A DNA stretch of 64,000 nucleotides from Escherichia coli. GTDB taxonomy: Bacteria > Pseudomonadota > Gammaproteobacteria > Enterobacterales > Enterobacteriaceae. Positions 22,429 to 34,591 of the stretch are shown piece by piece. The stretch is taken from NCBI RefSeq assembly GCF_030013205.1, contig NZ_CP122648.1. The stretch is one strand, 5' to 3'. Under the pieces are notes generated by a model. That model was not told the origin of the DNA and made no database searches. It was given only the letters and a program-made list of their open reading frames with translations. How positions within the stretch are numbered: the first letter of the stretch is position 1; each line of letters starts with the position of its first letter. The position numbers and the translations under genes were made by a program.

Positions 22429-22585
22429 ATAGATAATGCCAATCAAAATAATTGCTACAAATTTGTAACTTTTGCTGTTGTACCTGTACAATGTCCCGGT
22501 GTTCAAGTGGCCTTGCCGTTGTAAATGTAAGCAGTGCCACGTTTTTATTAACAATATTTGCCAGGGACTTGTGGTTTTCATTTAG

Positions 22586-22610
22586 GCGTGGCAATTCTAT
22601 AATGATACGC
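22586..22610 (+). promoter_or_regulatory. Candidate Fur box at the uof-fur promoter
   Basis: tataatgatacgcattatc resembles the Fur box consensus GATAATGATAATCATTATC and overlaps the uof start; fur autoregulation is established in E. coli. Confidence 0.45.
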
Positions 22611-22688
22611 ATTATCTCAAGAGCAAATTCTGTCACTTCTCCTAATGAAGTGAACCGCTTAGTAACAGGACAGATTCCGCATGACTGA
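22602..22688 (+). CDS. uof: Uof, upstream leader peptide of fur (28 aa)
   Basis: MIRIISRANSVTSPNEVNRLVTGQIPHD in frame at the end of track ORF 22452..22688; overlaps the fur start. Confidence 0.8.
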   Translation: MIRIISRANSVTSPNEVNRLVTGQIPHD

Positions 22689-23127
22689 TAACAATACCGC
22701 CCTAAAGAAAGCTGGCCTGAAAGTAACGCTTCCTCGCTTGAAAATCCTGGAAGTTCTTCAGGAGCCGGACAACCATCACGTCAGTGCGGAAGATTTATAC
22801 AAACGTCTGATCGATATGGGTGAAGAAATTGGTCTGGCTACGGTATATCGCGTACTGAACCAGTTTGACGACGCTGGTATCGTCACCCGCCACAATTTTG
22901 AAGGCGGTAAATCCGTATTTGAACTGACACAGCAACATCACCACGATCACCTGATCTGCCTCGACTGCGGCAAGGTAATCGAATTTAGTGATGATTCCAT
23001 CGAAGCGCGTCAGCGTGAAATTGCCGCAAAACATGGCATTCGCCTGACTAACCACAGTCTCTATCTTTACGGTCACTGTGCCGAAGGCGATTGCCGCGAA
23101 GATGAGCACGCGCACGAAGGCAAATAA
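22681..23127 (+). CDS. fur: Fur, ferric uptake regulator (148 aa)
   Basis: Track ORF MTDNNTALKKAGLKVTLPRLKILEVLQEPDNHHVSAEDLYKRL... Confidence 0.97.
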   Translation: MTDNNTALKKAGLKVTLPRLKILEVLQEPDNHHVSAEDLYKRLIDMGEEIGLATVYRVLNQFDDAGIVTRHNFEGGKSVFELTQQHHHDHLICLDCGKVIEFSDDSIEARQREIAAKHGIRLTNHSLYLYGHCAEGDCREDEHAHEGK

Positions 23128-23143
23128 GCCAGCCGGAACGAGA

Positions 23144-23171
23144 AAAGCCAACCTGCGGGTTGGCTTTTTTA
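23144..23171 (+). terminator. Rho-independent terminator of fur
   Basis: gccaacctgcgggttggc hairpin followed by tttttt. Confidence 0.7.
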
Positions 23172-23210
23172 TACACGGGAAATAAGAAAAGCGAGAGTTA
23201 CAGCTCTCAC

Positions 23211-23537
23211 TTATTTGTTATTACTGCGAATTTCCTGCCAGACCTTATCACAATCGGCTTTTACCGCCTGGTCATTACCGGTTTGCGTTGCGCGCAGACA
23301 CTGCTGATAATCCAGTACGCGTACACTTTCCTGGTCGGCAAAATGCTGATGTTGTTTCTCTTTCTTCAGCACGTTTAACACGCTCTGGCAGGCTTCAATT
23401 TTTTCCGGCGAACCTTGCGCGGTGTTAATACAGGCGCTGTATGCCTCTTTCAGACGACTGTCTTCCTGTGGCGCGGTTGATTGCGCACAAGCTACCAGCC
23501 CCGATGCCATTATGGCGATGAGAATCAGTTTTTTCAT
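23211..23537 (-). CDS. chiQ: ChiQ (YbfN) lipoprotein (108 aa)
   Basis: Track ORF MKKLILIAIMASGLVACAQ (lipobox LVAC); directly downstream of chiP. Confidence 0.9.
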   Translation of the reverse strand: MKKLILIAIMASGLVACAQSTAPQEDSRLKEAYSACINTAQGSPEKIEACQSVLNVLKKEKQHQHFADQESVRVLDYQQCLRATQTGNDQAVKADCDKVWQEIRSNNK

Positions 23538-23586
23538 AGCAAATTCCTCAAACGTGCGGCAGGCACAAAACCTGCCGCGTCGGGCA

Positions 23587-24993
23587 TCAGAAGATGGTGA
23601 ATGGTGCGATTACCATAAATTTCACGTCACGCTCATCCTGGAAAATGTTGCCGTAACCACCGCCCCAGCTTGGGATGTCGGAGTGGTTGTCGTATTCGGT
23701 GAAGTGCAGTTTGAACATCGTGCCTTTGGCGCGACCGTCCTGAATGGTGTAGACCGCATCCAGGCTGTAGGCAGACTCTTCAATAGTCCGGTTTTTGTCG
23801 TAGTACGCATCCGGATTGCTCTGCCAGGTAGCGGGTTTAGCATCCCATGCGTAAACGTAGGAAGCGCCGATGGCGAAGCCTGGAAGATTCCAGTTTTTCA
23901 GGTCATACATCGCACCGAAGAAGACCGCTTTTTCGCCGTTGGCGTTGAAGTCAGAACGGTTATCCCACCAGATATCCAGGCGACCGTTCGAGGAAGCGTA
24001 GGTTGGAGTCATACGTTGCAGGAAGTATCCCTGCTGACCGTCGGCTTTAACCCAGGTGCCTTCCAGACGCAAATCCACTACATCAGCCGCCCGGTAACCA
24101 AAGGTCAACGCTTGCAGCCAGGCAGTGCCGTCGTAAAGGTCGTTGACGCTGCGATCGTCAACTTTATCGCGCGTACCGTAGAACTGGTAGCTGGTGGTTA
24201 ACGGGCTACCGGCGATATCAAATTTGTAGCTGGCTTTGGCAAAGTATTGATCGATATACCCTTCCGCCTGACCAAATGCTGCTTCCAGTACGAAGTTATT
24301 TTTGAAGTCGTATTTCGCACCGATGGAGTGCAGATAATCAACTTTGGTGGTTTTATCGTTCTGATAAAACTCATCCATTTCCAGATGCCACGGTGCTTTG
24401 TATTCGTTGGTCCACATGTAGGAGAAACTCAACGCACCCGCATCGCCGTAATCAAAATTCGCCCCGGCTTCCGCACCCTGATAAGTACCCGGCATAAAGC
24501 TCCAGTGCGGCGCTAACAGCGTCTGACCGGTTGGCTGAATATAACCTGCCCTCGCCCACACCGGACCGTATTTAAATTTGGCCGCTGCTTTATACAGGCT
24601 TATACCGCTTTTGTCGCCGGACCAGTCTTCGTCATAGGCTTTATTGCTTTTTGAAAACGCGATTTCGTTCGGGTGAGAGCTGTCACCGTTTTCCGCCATT
24701 TCAATCGCCGTAAACGCAGCAATATCAAGGCCGAACATATCAGCAGCATAACCAGACTGAAAATCGAGGTTGGCGTTCCAGGTGGAGTGAGAAAGGTTGG
24801 TTTTGTATTTGTCGCCGTCGGTAACATCTTTACGGTCGCGTTCACGCTGCCAGTAATAGATACCGCCGGTTAAGGTTGAATCGTCGATGAATCCTTCGGC
24901 GCGAGCCTCCGGCATTGCCATAAAGCCCGACATTGCTGTAACACCGGCGATAGCCAGCGCCAGCGTACTACGTTTGCCACTAAACGTACGCAT
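23587..24993 (-). CDS. chiP: ChiP (YbfM) chitooligosaccharide outer-membrane porin (468 aa)
   Basis: Track ORF with signal peptide [32 protein letters not shown] and C-terminal F, OprD-like porin. Confidence 0.93.
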   Translation of the reverse strand: MRTFSGKRSTLALAIAGVTAMSGFMAMPEARAEGFIDDSTLTGGIYYWQRERDRKDVTDGDKYKTNLSHSTWNANLDFQSGYAADMFGLDIAAFTAIEMAENGDSSHPNEIAFSKSNKAYDEDWSGDKSGISLYKAAAKFKYGPVWARAGYIQPTGQTLLAPHWSFMPGTYQGAEAGANFDYGDAGALSFSYMWTNEYKAPWHLEMDEFYQNDKTTKVDYLHSIGAKYDFKNNFVLEAAFGQAEGYIDQYFAKASYKFDIAGSPLTTSYQFYGTRDKVDDRSVNDLYDGTAWLQALTFGYRAADVVDLRLEGTWVKADGQQGYFLQRMTPTYASSNGRLDIWWDNRSDFNANGEKAVFFGAMYDLKNWNLPGFAIGASYVYAWDAKPATWQSNPDAYYDKNRTIEESAYSLDAVYTIQDGRAKGTMFKLHFTEYDNHSDIPSWGGGYGNIFQDERDVKFMVIAPFTIF

Positions 24994-25349
24994 GGGTTAA
25001 TCCTCTTTGACGTATAAATTGCTGCACCAAAGGTGAACAGCGAAAAAAATAAAAATTAAAAAAGTAGCGTTGAGAAAAGTCTCGCTGACTACAGGAACAG
25101 ACTATTTTTCGCGACGCGAATTATCAATCTCTTTCTGTAACCAGAATGTAAGAACATGAGCAACCGCACATATTTTGATGATTTTTGTTACAAGGCTTAA
25201 GTTTGCAGTTGAAAGGCTTGCAGAAGAATAAAAACGTGAAATTCCAGCAAGATGAAAGCGGTTACATTTTATTTAATTATGTTTTGTGATTTTAAATTTG
25301 TTTTATGGATAAATTGCGAAGCGGAATTAATTCGCGAAGAAAAGCAGAA

Positions 25350-26052
25350 TAAATATCCTCCGGCATAGCCGGAGGTTTTTCAAATGCGCCTATAAGGCTC
25401 TCTTACCAGCCGCGCCCTAACAGGCGCACACGATCTGACATTTGCATCCAACTTCGTTACTTACGGCCCGTAAACGGGCTGCCCGGATAGGGAATCGATA
25501 ACTGCTCTCCCATTTTATCCTCTTCAAGCTGGTGCTTTATGTAATCCTGTATCTTCGCCGTGTTCTTACCCACCGTATCGACGTAGTACCCTCTGCACCA
25601 GAACTCTCTGTTCCTGTATTTGAATTTCAAATCACCAAACTGCTCGTAAAGCATCAGACTGCTTTTCCCTTTCAGATATCCCATAAAGCCGGATACGCTC
25701 ATTTTGGGCGGGATCTCCACAAGCATATGGATATGATCTGCACAGCATTCAGCTTCAAGAATCCGTACGCTTTTCCACTCACACAGCTTTCTCAAAATAC
25801 TGCCTATTGCTCTACGCTTCTCTCTGTAGAACACTTGTCTTCGGTATTTTGGCGCAAAAACTATGTGATATTTACAGTTCCATCGGGTGTGCGCTAAGCT
25901 CTTTTCGTTCCCCATTGGGACCCCCTTTTGATTTCTTGTTTGACACTTGCAGTTGCCAGACCGCAAGGTGTTTTAACAAATCAAAAGGGGTTTTAATAAC
26001 TGGCTCAAAGCTGAAAGCTTTCCGGAACCCCCAGCCTAGCTGGGGGTTTTCT
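25350..26052 (-). mobile_element. IS200 (IS200/IS605 family, about 0.7 kb) inserted between chiP and glnS; boundaries approximate
   Basis: Contains an IS200-type tnpA plus hairpins near both ends (26026..26048 aacccccagcctagctgggggtt; 25357..25375 cctccggcatagccggagg); no IS of this kind at this position in K-12 as I recall. Confidence 0.7.
25457..25915 (-). CDS. tnpA: IS200 transposase TnpA (Y1/HUH family, 152 aa)
   Basis: Track ORF frame trimmed to MGNEKSLAHTRWNCKYHIVFAPKYRRQVFY...; matches IS200 TnpA as I remember it, including the HIH motif (ADHIHML) and catalytic Tyr region. Confidence 0.9.
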   Translation of the reverse strand: MGNEKSLAHTRWNCKYHIVFAPKYRRQVFYREKRRAIGSILRKLCEWKSVRILEAECCADHIHMLVEIPPKMSVSGFMGYLKGKSSLMLYEQFGDLKFKYRNREFWCRGYYVDTVGKNTAKIQDYIKHQLEEDKMGEQLSIPYPGSPFTGRK

Positions 26053-26058
26053 GTGCAC

Positions 26059-26090
26059 AAAAAAACGCCGCAGAGCGCGGCGTTTTGGAT
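26059..26090 (-). terminator. Rho-independent terminator of glnS
   Basis: On the minus strand: gccgcgctctgcggc hairpin followed by about 7 T. Confidence 0.55.
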
Positions 26091-26106
26091 TGTTTGCATG
26101 TTTCAT

Positions 26107-26140
26107 GCCGGATGCGGCGTAAAAGCCTCACCCGGCCTGG
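26107..26140. repeat. REP-like palindromic element
   Basis: gccggatgcggcgtaaaagcctcacccggcc resembles REP consensus. Confidence 0.45.
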
Positions 26141-26152
26141 TAGAACTTAAAA

Positions 26153-27817
26153 TTACTCGCCTACTTTCGCCCAGGTATCACGCAGCCCAACGGTGCGGTT
26201 AAATACCGGTTTTTCCGCCGTAGAATGGCGGCTGTCGAGGCAGAAATAACCTTCACGCTCAAACTGGAATGCTTTACCCGCTACCGCGTCTTTCAGAGAC
26301 GGTTCAGCAAAGCCCTGTTTGATCACCAGCGATTCCGGGTTAATCACCGACAGGAAATCATCCGCAGCACCTGGGTTCGGCACGCTGAACAGACGATCAT
26401 ACAGGCGGATTTCAACCGGCAGCGCATGTGCCGCGCTCACCCAGTGAATAACGCCTTTCACTTTACGACCATCTGCCGGATCTTTGCTTAAGGTGTCGGC
26501 GTCATAAGTACAGAAAATGGTGGTGATATTGCCTTCGGCATCTTTCTCCACGCGTTCAGCCTTAATGACGTAAGCATTACGCAGACGCACTTCTTTACCC
26601 AGCACCAGACGTTTGTACTGCTTGTTAGCTTCTTCGCGGAAATCGGCGCGGTCGATCCAAATCTCACCGCTAAACGGCACCTGACGGCTACCCATTTCCG
26701 GTTTGTTCGGATGGTTCGGCATGGTAACAATTTCGCCTTCGCCCTGGTAGTTTTCGATAACCAGTTTCACCGGATCGATAACCGCCATTGCGCGCGGGGC
26801 GTTTTCGTTGAGATCTTCACGGATGCAGGATTCCAGCGACGCCATCTCAATGGTGTTGTCCTGCTTGGTCACGCCGATGCGTTTGCAGAACTCACGAATA
26901 GAAGCCGCAGTGTAACCACGACGACGCAGACCGGAAATGGTCGGCATACGCGGGTCATCCCAGCCTTCAACATGCTTGTCGGTCACCAGCAGGTTCAGCT
27001 TACGCTTGGACATCACGGTGTATTCCAGATTCAGGCGCGAGAATTCGTACTGGCGCGGGTGAACAGGAATGGTGATGTTGTCCAGTACCCAGTCGTACAG
27101 ACGACGGTTGTCCTGGAACTCAAGCGTACACAGAGAGTGCGTAATACCTTCCAGCGCATCGCTGATGCAATGTGTGAAGTCGTACATCGGGTAGATGCAC
27201 CACTTGTTGCCAGTCTGGTGGTGTTCAGCAAATTTAATGCGGTACAGCACCGGATCGCGCATTACGATAAACGGCGACGCCATATCGATTTTCGCACGCA
27301 GGCAGGCTTTACCTTCTTCAAAACCGCCGGCACGCATTTTTTCGAACAGCGCCAGGTTCTCTTCGACGCTACGGTCGCGGTACGGGCTGTTTTTACCCGG
27401 CTGCGTCAGGGTGCCACGGTATTCGCGGATCTGTTCCGGCGTCAGTTCATCAACATACGCCAGGCCTTTATTGATCAGTTCGATCGCATAGGCGTGGAGC
27501 TGATCAAAATAATCGGAGGAGTAACGGACGTTACCAGACCAGTGAAAACCTAACCACTCAACGTCGTTTTTGATCGACTCAACATACTCGATATCTTCTT
27601 TTACCGGGTTAGTGTCGTCGAAACGCAGGTTGCACTGGCCTTTATAGTCCTGGGCGATCCCGAAGTTCAGGCAGATAGATTTCGCATGCCCAATATGCAG
27701 ATAGCCATTCGGCTCCGGCGGGAAACGGGTGTGTACTGTGGTGTGCTTACCACTGGCCAGATCTTCATCGATGATCTGACGGATAAAGTTAGTCGGGCGG
27801 GCTTCTGCCTCACTCAT
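26153..27817 (-). CDS. glnS: Glutaminyl-tRNA synthetase (554 aa)
   Basis: Track ORF; class I aaRS motifs HIGH ([12 protein letters not shown]) and KMSKS-like (VMSKR). Confidence 0.97.
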   Translation of the reverse strand: MSEAEARPTNFIRQIIDEDLASGKHTTVHTRFPPEPNGYLHIGHAKSICLNFGIAQDYKGQCNLRFDDTNPVKEDIEYVESIKNDVEWLGFHWSGNVRYSSDYFDQLHAYAIELINKGLAYVDELTPEQIREYRGTLTQPGKNSPYRDRSVEENLALFEKMRAGGFEEGKACLRAKIDMASPFIVMRDPVLYRIKFAEHHQTGNKWCIYPMYDFTHCISDALEGITHSLCTLEFQDNRRLYDWVLDNITIPVHPRQYEFSRLNLEYTVMSKRKLNLLVTDKHVEGWDDPRMPTISGLRRRGYTAASIREFCKRIGVTKQDNTIEMASLESCIREDLNENAPRAMAVIDPVKLVIENYQGEGEIVTMPNHPNKPEMGSRQVPFSGEIWIDRADFREEANKQYKRLVLGKEVRLRNAYVIKAERVEKDAEGNITTIFCTYDADTLSKDPADGRKVKGVIHWVSAAHALPVEIRLYDRLFSVPNPGAADDFLSVINPESLVIKQGFAEPSLKDAVAGKAFQFEREGYFCLDSRHSTAEKPVFNRTVGLRDTWAKVGE

Positions 27818-27979
27818 CGTGGATTCCTCAAAGCGTAAACAACGTATAACGGCGTATGATCTTATAAGCGGGACAGGCTGACAACTGTTAGTTAGTGAAA
27901 ATCGAAAATCTCACTGAGATTATGGGGATGATTGATGAAAAAAAAGCGGCAGAGAAGATCTCCACCGCTTGTCATTGTT

Positions 27980-28008
27980 GGATGCGACGCTGCCGTGTCG
28001 CATCAGGT
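27980..28008. repeat. REP-like palindrome between glnS and nagE
   Basis: ggatgcgacgctgccgtgtcgcatc imperfect inverted repeat. Confidence 0.4.
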
Positions 28009-28018
28009 ATAAAGCAGA

Positions 28019-29965
28019 TTACTTTTTGATTTCATACAGCGGTGTTTGACCCGCCACGACATGGCCCTGAGCTTTAATGATCAAGCCGCTGAAATCGTCG
28101 ATATTGCTGCAAACCACCGGGCTAATCATCGAGCGGGCGTTTTCGTTCAGATAATCCAGATCCATTTCCAGAATCGGTTGCCCTGCGCTTACTTGCGCGC
28201 CCTCTTCCACCAGACGTTTAAAGCCTTTACCTTCCAGCGCTACGGTGTCGATACCCATATGGACGACGATCTCCGCGCCTTTTTCGGTTTCCAGGCAGAA
28301 CGCGTGGTTGGTGTTGAAGATTTTCACGATTGTCCCTGCGGCTGGTGATACGACGATTTTATCTGTCGGTTTCACCGCCACACCGTCACCCACCGCTTTG
28401 CTGGCGAATGCTTCGTCAGGAACCTGATCCAGTGCCACAACATCACCGGTAATCGGCGATACCAGCTCCGCGACAGACACCGCGTTTGGTATAGCCTGCG
28501 GTTTTGCTACAGGCGCGGCAGTTGCAGGCGCAGTTTCAGCTGACGCAGCGGCTACCGGACCACGGGCAACAACTTTCTTCATTGCATCGCCAATGGATTC
28601 CGCTTTCGCGCCAACAATCACCTGAATAGTCTGTTTGTTCAGTTTCACTACCCCAGAAGCACCCAGCCGTTTACACATCGCATCGTTGACGCGAGCCGAG
28701 TCAACCACGGTCAGGCGCAGACGAGTAATACAGGCGTCAATTGCTTTCAGGTTGTCAGTGCCGCCAACCGCAGCAATATAGTTGGTCGCCAGTTGATTGA
28801 GGCCTTCTTCAGTGTTGCTGTTGGCTTCTTCAGTAACGATCTCATCTTCTTTATCTTCACGACCCGGCGTTTTCAGGTTGAACATGCGGATAACCAAACT
28901 GAACACCACGAAGTAGATAGCGAAGAAGACAACACCCATAACCAGCAGCATCCAGACGTTCTGGCTGGCGGCCGGCAGGTTATACATCAACGCGTAGTCG
29001 ATAGCCCCCGCAGAGAAGGAGAAGCCCGCGTGGATACCCAGCAGCGTTGCCACAAACAGGCTGATACCGGTCAGCAGTGCGTGCAGGAGGTACAGCAGCG
29101 GCGCAAGGAACATGAACAGGAATTCCAGCGGCTCAGTCACACCGGTCAGGAACGCAGTAACAGCAACAGAAAGCAGCATACCGCCAACCATCGGACGACG
29201 CACTTTCGGTGCTGCAAAGTACATCGCCAGCGCCGCACCCGGCAGACCGAACATCATGATCGGGAAGAAGCCGGACATGAACATCCCCGCGGTGCCGTCA
29301 CCGGCATAGAAGCGGTTGATATCACCGTGGAAAACCGTACCCGCCGCGTTGGTGAATTCACCAATCTGGAACCAGGCGATGGTGTTCAGCACCTGATGCA
29401 GACCGGTTGGGATCAGCAGACGGTTGATGAAACCAAAGATACCGGAACCCAGCGCGCCCGCAGAAACGATCCACTCGCCGCCTGCATGGATAGCATGCTG
29501 TACCGGCGGCCAGACGTAACCAAAAATGGCCGCCAGCACCAGGCAGAAGAAGCCGGTGGCAATCGGCACAAAGCGTTTGCCGCCGAAGAAGCTCAGGAAG
29601 TCAGGCAGTTTAATATCGGACCAACGGTTATAGGCTGCGCCACCAACCAGACCGGTAATGATACCCGCCAGTACACCCATGTTAATTTCTGGGTTGATGG
29701 TCACCATCGCTTTGGTTAACACAAAGTAACCTACCGCACCCGCCAGCGCCGCCGCACCTGCGCTGTCTTTCGACCAGCTGGATGCCACACCGATGGCGAA
29801 AATTAATGCGAGGTTATCAAAAATCGCACCGCCCGCCTGGGCAATAAACGCAACGTTAAGTAAATCTGGCTGACCGAATCGCAGCAACAGCGCCGCCACC
29901 GGCAGCACCGCGATAGGGAGCTGTAACGCCCTACCGAGTCGCTGGAAAAAACCTAAAATATTCAT
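28019..29965 (-). CDS. nagE: NagE, PTS N-acetylglucosamine-specific EIICBA (648 aa)
   Basis: Track ORF; polytopic EIIC region, EIIB cysteine motif (CITRLR) and C-terminal EIIA domain. Confidence 0.96.
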   Translation of the reverse strand: MNILGFFQRLGRALQLPIAVLPVAALLLRFGQPDLLNVAFIAQAGGAIFDNLALIFAIGVASSWSKDSAGAAALAGAVGYFVLTKAMVTINPEINMGVLAGIITGLVGGAAYNRWSDIKLPDFLSFFGGKRFVPIATGFFCLVLAAIFGYVWPPVQHAIHAGGEWIVSAGALGSGIFGFINRLLIPTGLHQVLNTIAWFQIGEFTNAAGTVFHGDINRFYAGDGTAGMFMSGFFPIMMFGLPGAALAMYFAAPKVRRPMVGGMLLSVAVTAFLTGVTEPLEFLFMFLAPLLYLLHALLTGISLFVATLLGIHAGFSFSAGAIDYALMYNLPAASQNVWMLLVMGVVFFAIYFVVFSLVIRMFNLKTPGREDKEDEIVTEEANSNTEEGLNQLATNYIAAVGGTDNLKAIDACITRLRLTVVDSARVNDAMCKRLGASGVVKLNKQTIQVIVGAKAESIGDAMKKVVARGPVAAASAETAPATAAPVAKPQAIPNAVSVAELVSPITGDVVALDQVPDEAFASKAVGDGVAVKPTDKIVVSPAAGTIVKIFNTNHAFCLETEKGAEIVVHMGIDTVALEGKGFKRLVEEGAQVSAGQPILEMDLDYLNENARSMISPVVCSNIDDFSGLIIKAQGHVVAGQTPLYEIKK

Positions 29966-30085
29966 CTTATTCCCCCTACGAGAACCCTATTTGGCTCGTT
30001 TAAAGCCGTATTTTTATTTTGCTGCAAATTGTACTGCCGATGTTCTGTAATCAGATTGTTAGATCATCTGCTACAGAGTGTGTGA

Positions 30086-30112
30086 AAATTTAATTCGTAT
30101 CGCAAATTAAAA
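30086..30112. promoter_or_regulatory. NagC operator in the divergent nagE-nagB control region
   Basis: Palindromic aaatttaattcgtatcgcaaattaaaa; a second A/T-rich candidate operator at about 30182..30207. Confidence 0.55.
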
Positions 30113-30119
30113 GCGTGTC

Positions 30120-30141
30120 TTTTGTGAGTTTTGTCACCAAA
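30120..30141. promoter_or_regulatory. CRP binding site between the NagC operators
   Basis: TGTGAgttttgTCACC matches CRP consensus TGTGA-N6-TCACA. Confidence 0.6.
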
Positions 30142-30297
30142 TATCGTTATCATCACTCCCTTTTACTGGCTAAACCAGAAAACTTATTTTATCATTCAAA
30201 AAATCAGGTCGGATTGACGCCTGTCTGCGCAAATCCAGGTTACGCTTAAAGATGCCTAATCCGCCAACGGCTTACATTTTACTTATTGAGGTGAATA

Positions 30298-32306
<2,009 letters not shown>

Positions 32307-32314
32307 GAGAAAGT

Positions 32315-33535
32315 ATGACACCAGGCGGACAAGCTCAGATAGGTAATGTTGATCTCGTAAAACAGCTTAACAGCGCGGCGGTTTATCGCCTGATTGACCA
32401 GTATGGGCCAATCTCGCGGATTCAGATTGCCGAGCAAAGCCAGCTTGCCCCCGCCAGCGTAACCAAAATTACGCGTCAGCTTATCGAACGCGGGCTGATC
32501 AAAGAAGTTGATCAGCAGGCCTCCACCGGGGGCCGCCGCGCTATCTCTATCGTCACCGAAACCCGCAATTTCCACGCAATCGGTGTACGGCTTGGTCGTC
32601 ACGACGCCACCATTACTCTGTTCGATCTCAGTAGCAAAGTGCTGGCAGAAGAACATTACCCGCTGCCGGAACGTACCCAGCAGACGCTGGAACATGCCCT
32701 GCTGAATGCCATTGCTCAGTTTATTGATAGCTACCAGCGCAAGCTGCGCGAGCTGATTGCCATTTCCGTGATCCTGCCAGGGCTTGTTGACCCGGACAGC
32801 GGCAAAATTCATTACATGCCGCATATTCAGGTAGAAAACTGGGGGCTGGTAGAAGCACTGGAAGAGCGTTTTAAAGTGACCTGTTTTGTCGGCCACGATA
32901 TCCGTAGTCTGGCGCTGGCAGAGCACTACTTCGGTGCAAGTCAGGATTGCGAAGACTCCATTTTAGTGCGTGTCCATCGCGGGACCGGGGCAGGGATTAT
33001 CTCTAACGGGCGCATTTTTATTGGCCGCAACGGTAACGTCGGTGAAATTGGCCATATTCAGGTCGAACCGCTGGGTGAACGCTGCCACTGCGGCAACTTT
33101 GGCTGCCTGGAAACTATTGCTGCCAACGCTGCTATTGAACAACGGGTGTTGAATCTGTTAAAGCAGGGCTACCAGAGCCGCGTGCCGCTGGACGACTGCA
33201 CCATAAAAACTATCTGCAAAGCTGCGAACAAAGGCGATAGCCTGGCGTCGGAAGTGATTGAGTATGTGGGTCGTCATCTGGGCAAAACCATCGCCATTGC
33301 GATCAACTTATTTAATCCGCAAAAAATTGTTATTGCCGGTGAAATCACCGAAGCCGATAAAGTGCTGCTCCCTGCTATTGAAAGCTGCATTAATACCCAG
33401 GCGCTGAAGGCGTTTCGCACTAATCTTCCGGTGGTACGTTCTGAGTTGGATCACCGCTCGGCAATCGGCGCTTTTGCGCTGGTAAAACGCGCCATGCTCA
33501 ACGGTATTTTGCTCCAGCATTTGCTGGAAAATTAA
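32315..33535 (+). CDS. nagC: NagC transcriptional regulator (ROK family, 406 aa)
   Basis: Track ORF; N-terminal HTH and ROK sugar-kinase-like domain with CHCGNFGC zinc motif. Confidence 0.96.
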   Translation: MTPGGQAQIGNVDLVKQLNSAAVYRLIDQYGPISRIQIAEQSQLAPASVTKITRQLIERGLIKEVDQQASTGGRRAISIVTETRNFHAIGVRLGRHDATITLFDLSSKVLAEEHYPLPERTQQTLEHALLNAIAQFIDSYQRKLRELIAISVILPGLVDPDSGKIHYMPHIQVENWGLVEALEERFKVTCFVGHDIRSLALAEHYFGASQDCEDSILVRVHRGTGAGIISNGRIFIGRNGNVGEIGHIQVEPLGERCHCGNFGCLETIAANAAIEQRVLNLLKQGYQSRVPLDDCTIKTICKAANKGDSLASEVIEYVGRHLGKTIAIAINLFNPQKIVIAGEITEADKVLLPAIESCINTQALKAFRTNLPVVRSELDHRSAIGAFALVKRAMLNGILLQHLLEN

Positions 33536-33582
33536 TGTGCTTTTATAGTGGCGCTTATTGTTGTCAATATTCTGGGTAGTCC

Positions 33583-34335
33583 ATGACCATTAAAAATGTA
33601 ATTTGCGATATCGACGGCGTGCTGATGCACGATAACGTCGCCGTACCGGGTGCAGCGGAATTTTTGCACGGGATTATGGATAAAGGCCTGCCGCTGGTGT
33701 TGCTGACCAACTATCCTTCGCAGACCGGGCAAGATCTGGCGAATCGCTTTGCCACTGCGGGTGTCGATGTGCCGGACAGCGTGTTTTATACCTCCGCGAT
33801 GGCAACCGCCGATTTCCTGCGTCGCCAGGAAGGCAAGAAAGCGTATGTGGTGGGCGAAGGCGCACTGATTCATGAACTGTACAAAGCCGGTTTCACTATT
33901 ACCGATGTGAACCCTGATTTTGTGATTGTTGGCGAAACGCGTTCCTACAACTGGGACATGATGCATAAAGCAGCCTATTTCGTCGCTAACGGTGCACGCT
34001 TTATCGCCACCAACCCGGACACCCACGGGCGCGGTTTTTATCCGGCCTGTGGCGCGCTATGCGCGGGGATCGAAAAAATCTCCGGACGTAAACCGTTCTA
34101 TGTTGGTAAGCCGAGTCCGTGGATCATCCGCGCAGCATTAAACAAAATGCAGGCGCATTCGGAAGAAACGGTGATTGTCGGCGATAACCTGCGTACCGAT
34201 ATTCTGGCGGGCTTCCAGGCCGGTCTGGAGACGATTCTGGTGCTTTCTGGTGTTTCATCGCTCGACGATATCGACAGTATGCCATTCCGCCCCAGCTGGA
34301 TTTACCCATCGGTCGCCGAAATCGACGTTATCTGA
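33583..34335 (+). CDS. nagD: NagD/UmpH, HAD-family UMP phosphatase (250 aa)
   Basis: Track ORF; HAD motif I DIDGVL near the N-terminus. Confidence 0.95.
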   Translation: MTIKNVICDIDGVLMHDNVAVPGAAEFLHGIMDKGLPLVLLTNYPSQTGQDLANRFATAGVDVPDSVFYTSAMATADFLRRQEGKKAYVVGEGALIHELYKAGFTITDVNPDFVIVGETRSYNWDMMHKAAYFVANGARFIATNPDTHGRGFYPACGALCAGIEKISGRKPFYVGKPSPWIIRAALNKMQAHSEETVIVGDNLRTDILAGFQAGLETILVLSGVSSLDDIDSMPFRPSWIYPSVAEIDVI

Positions 34336-34591
34336 ATAGCAACCACGCCTCAGGGCGTGGTTTCTTATTTTTACCCATCACTAAAATTCGCCCATTCAAT
34401 AAAACCCGCCAAAAATTATCGATTCATCAATAAATACACCTCCACACCCTACCCTTTTTCATTAATCAGCAATCACCATTACGTTTTTTATTCCCCCCCT
34501 GCCAAATCGCTTGCGCACAGTGCTGCTTTGCGGCATTTTTTTAAACAAGCAAACACAACAAACAACAAATACCAGGTTAACGGAGAAGGTT

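Noticed and set aside
23422-24201. 259-aa plus-strand ORF
   Set aside because: Antisense to chiP.
26711-27553. 280-aa plus-strand ORF
   Set aside because: Antisense to glnS.
28793-29719. 308-aa plus-strand ORF
   Set aside because: Antisense to nagE; His/Gln/Arg-rich low-complexity product.
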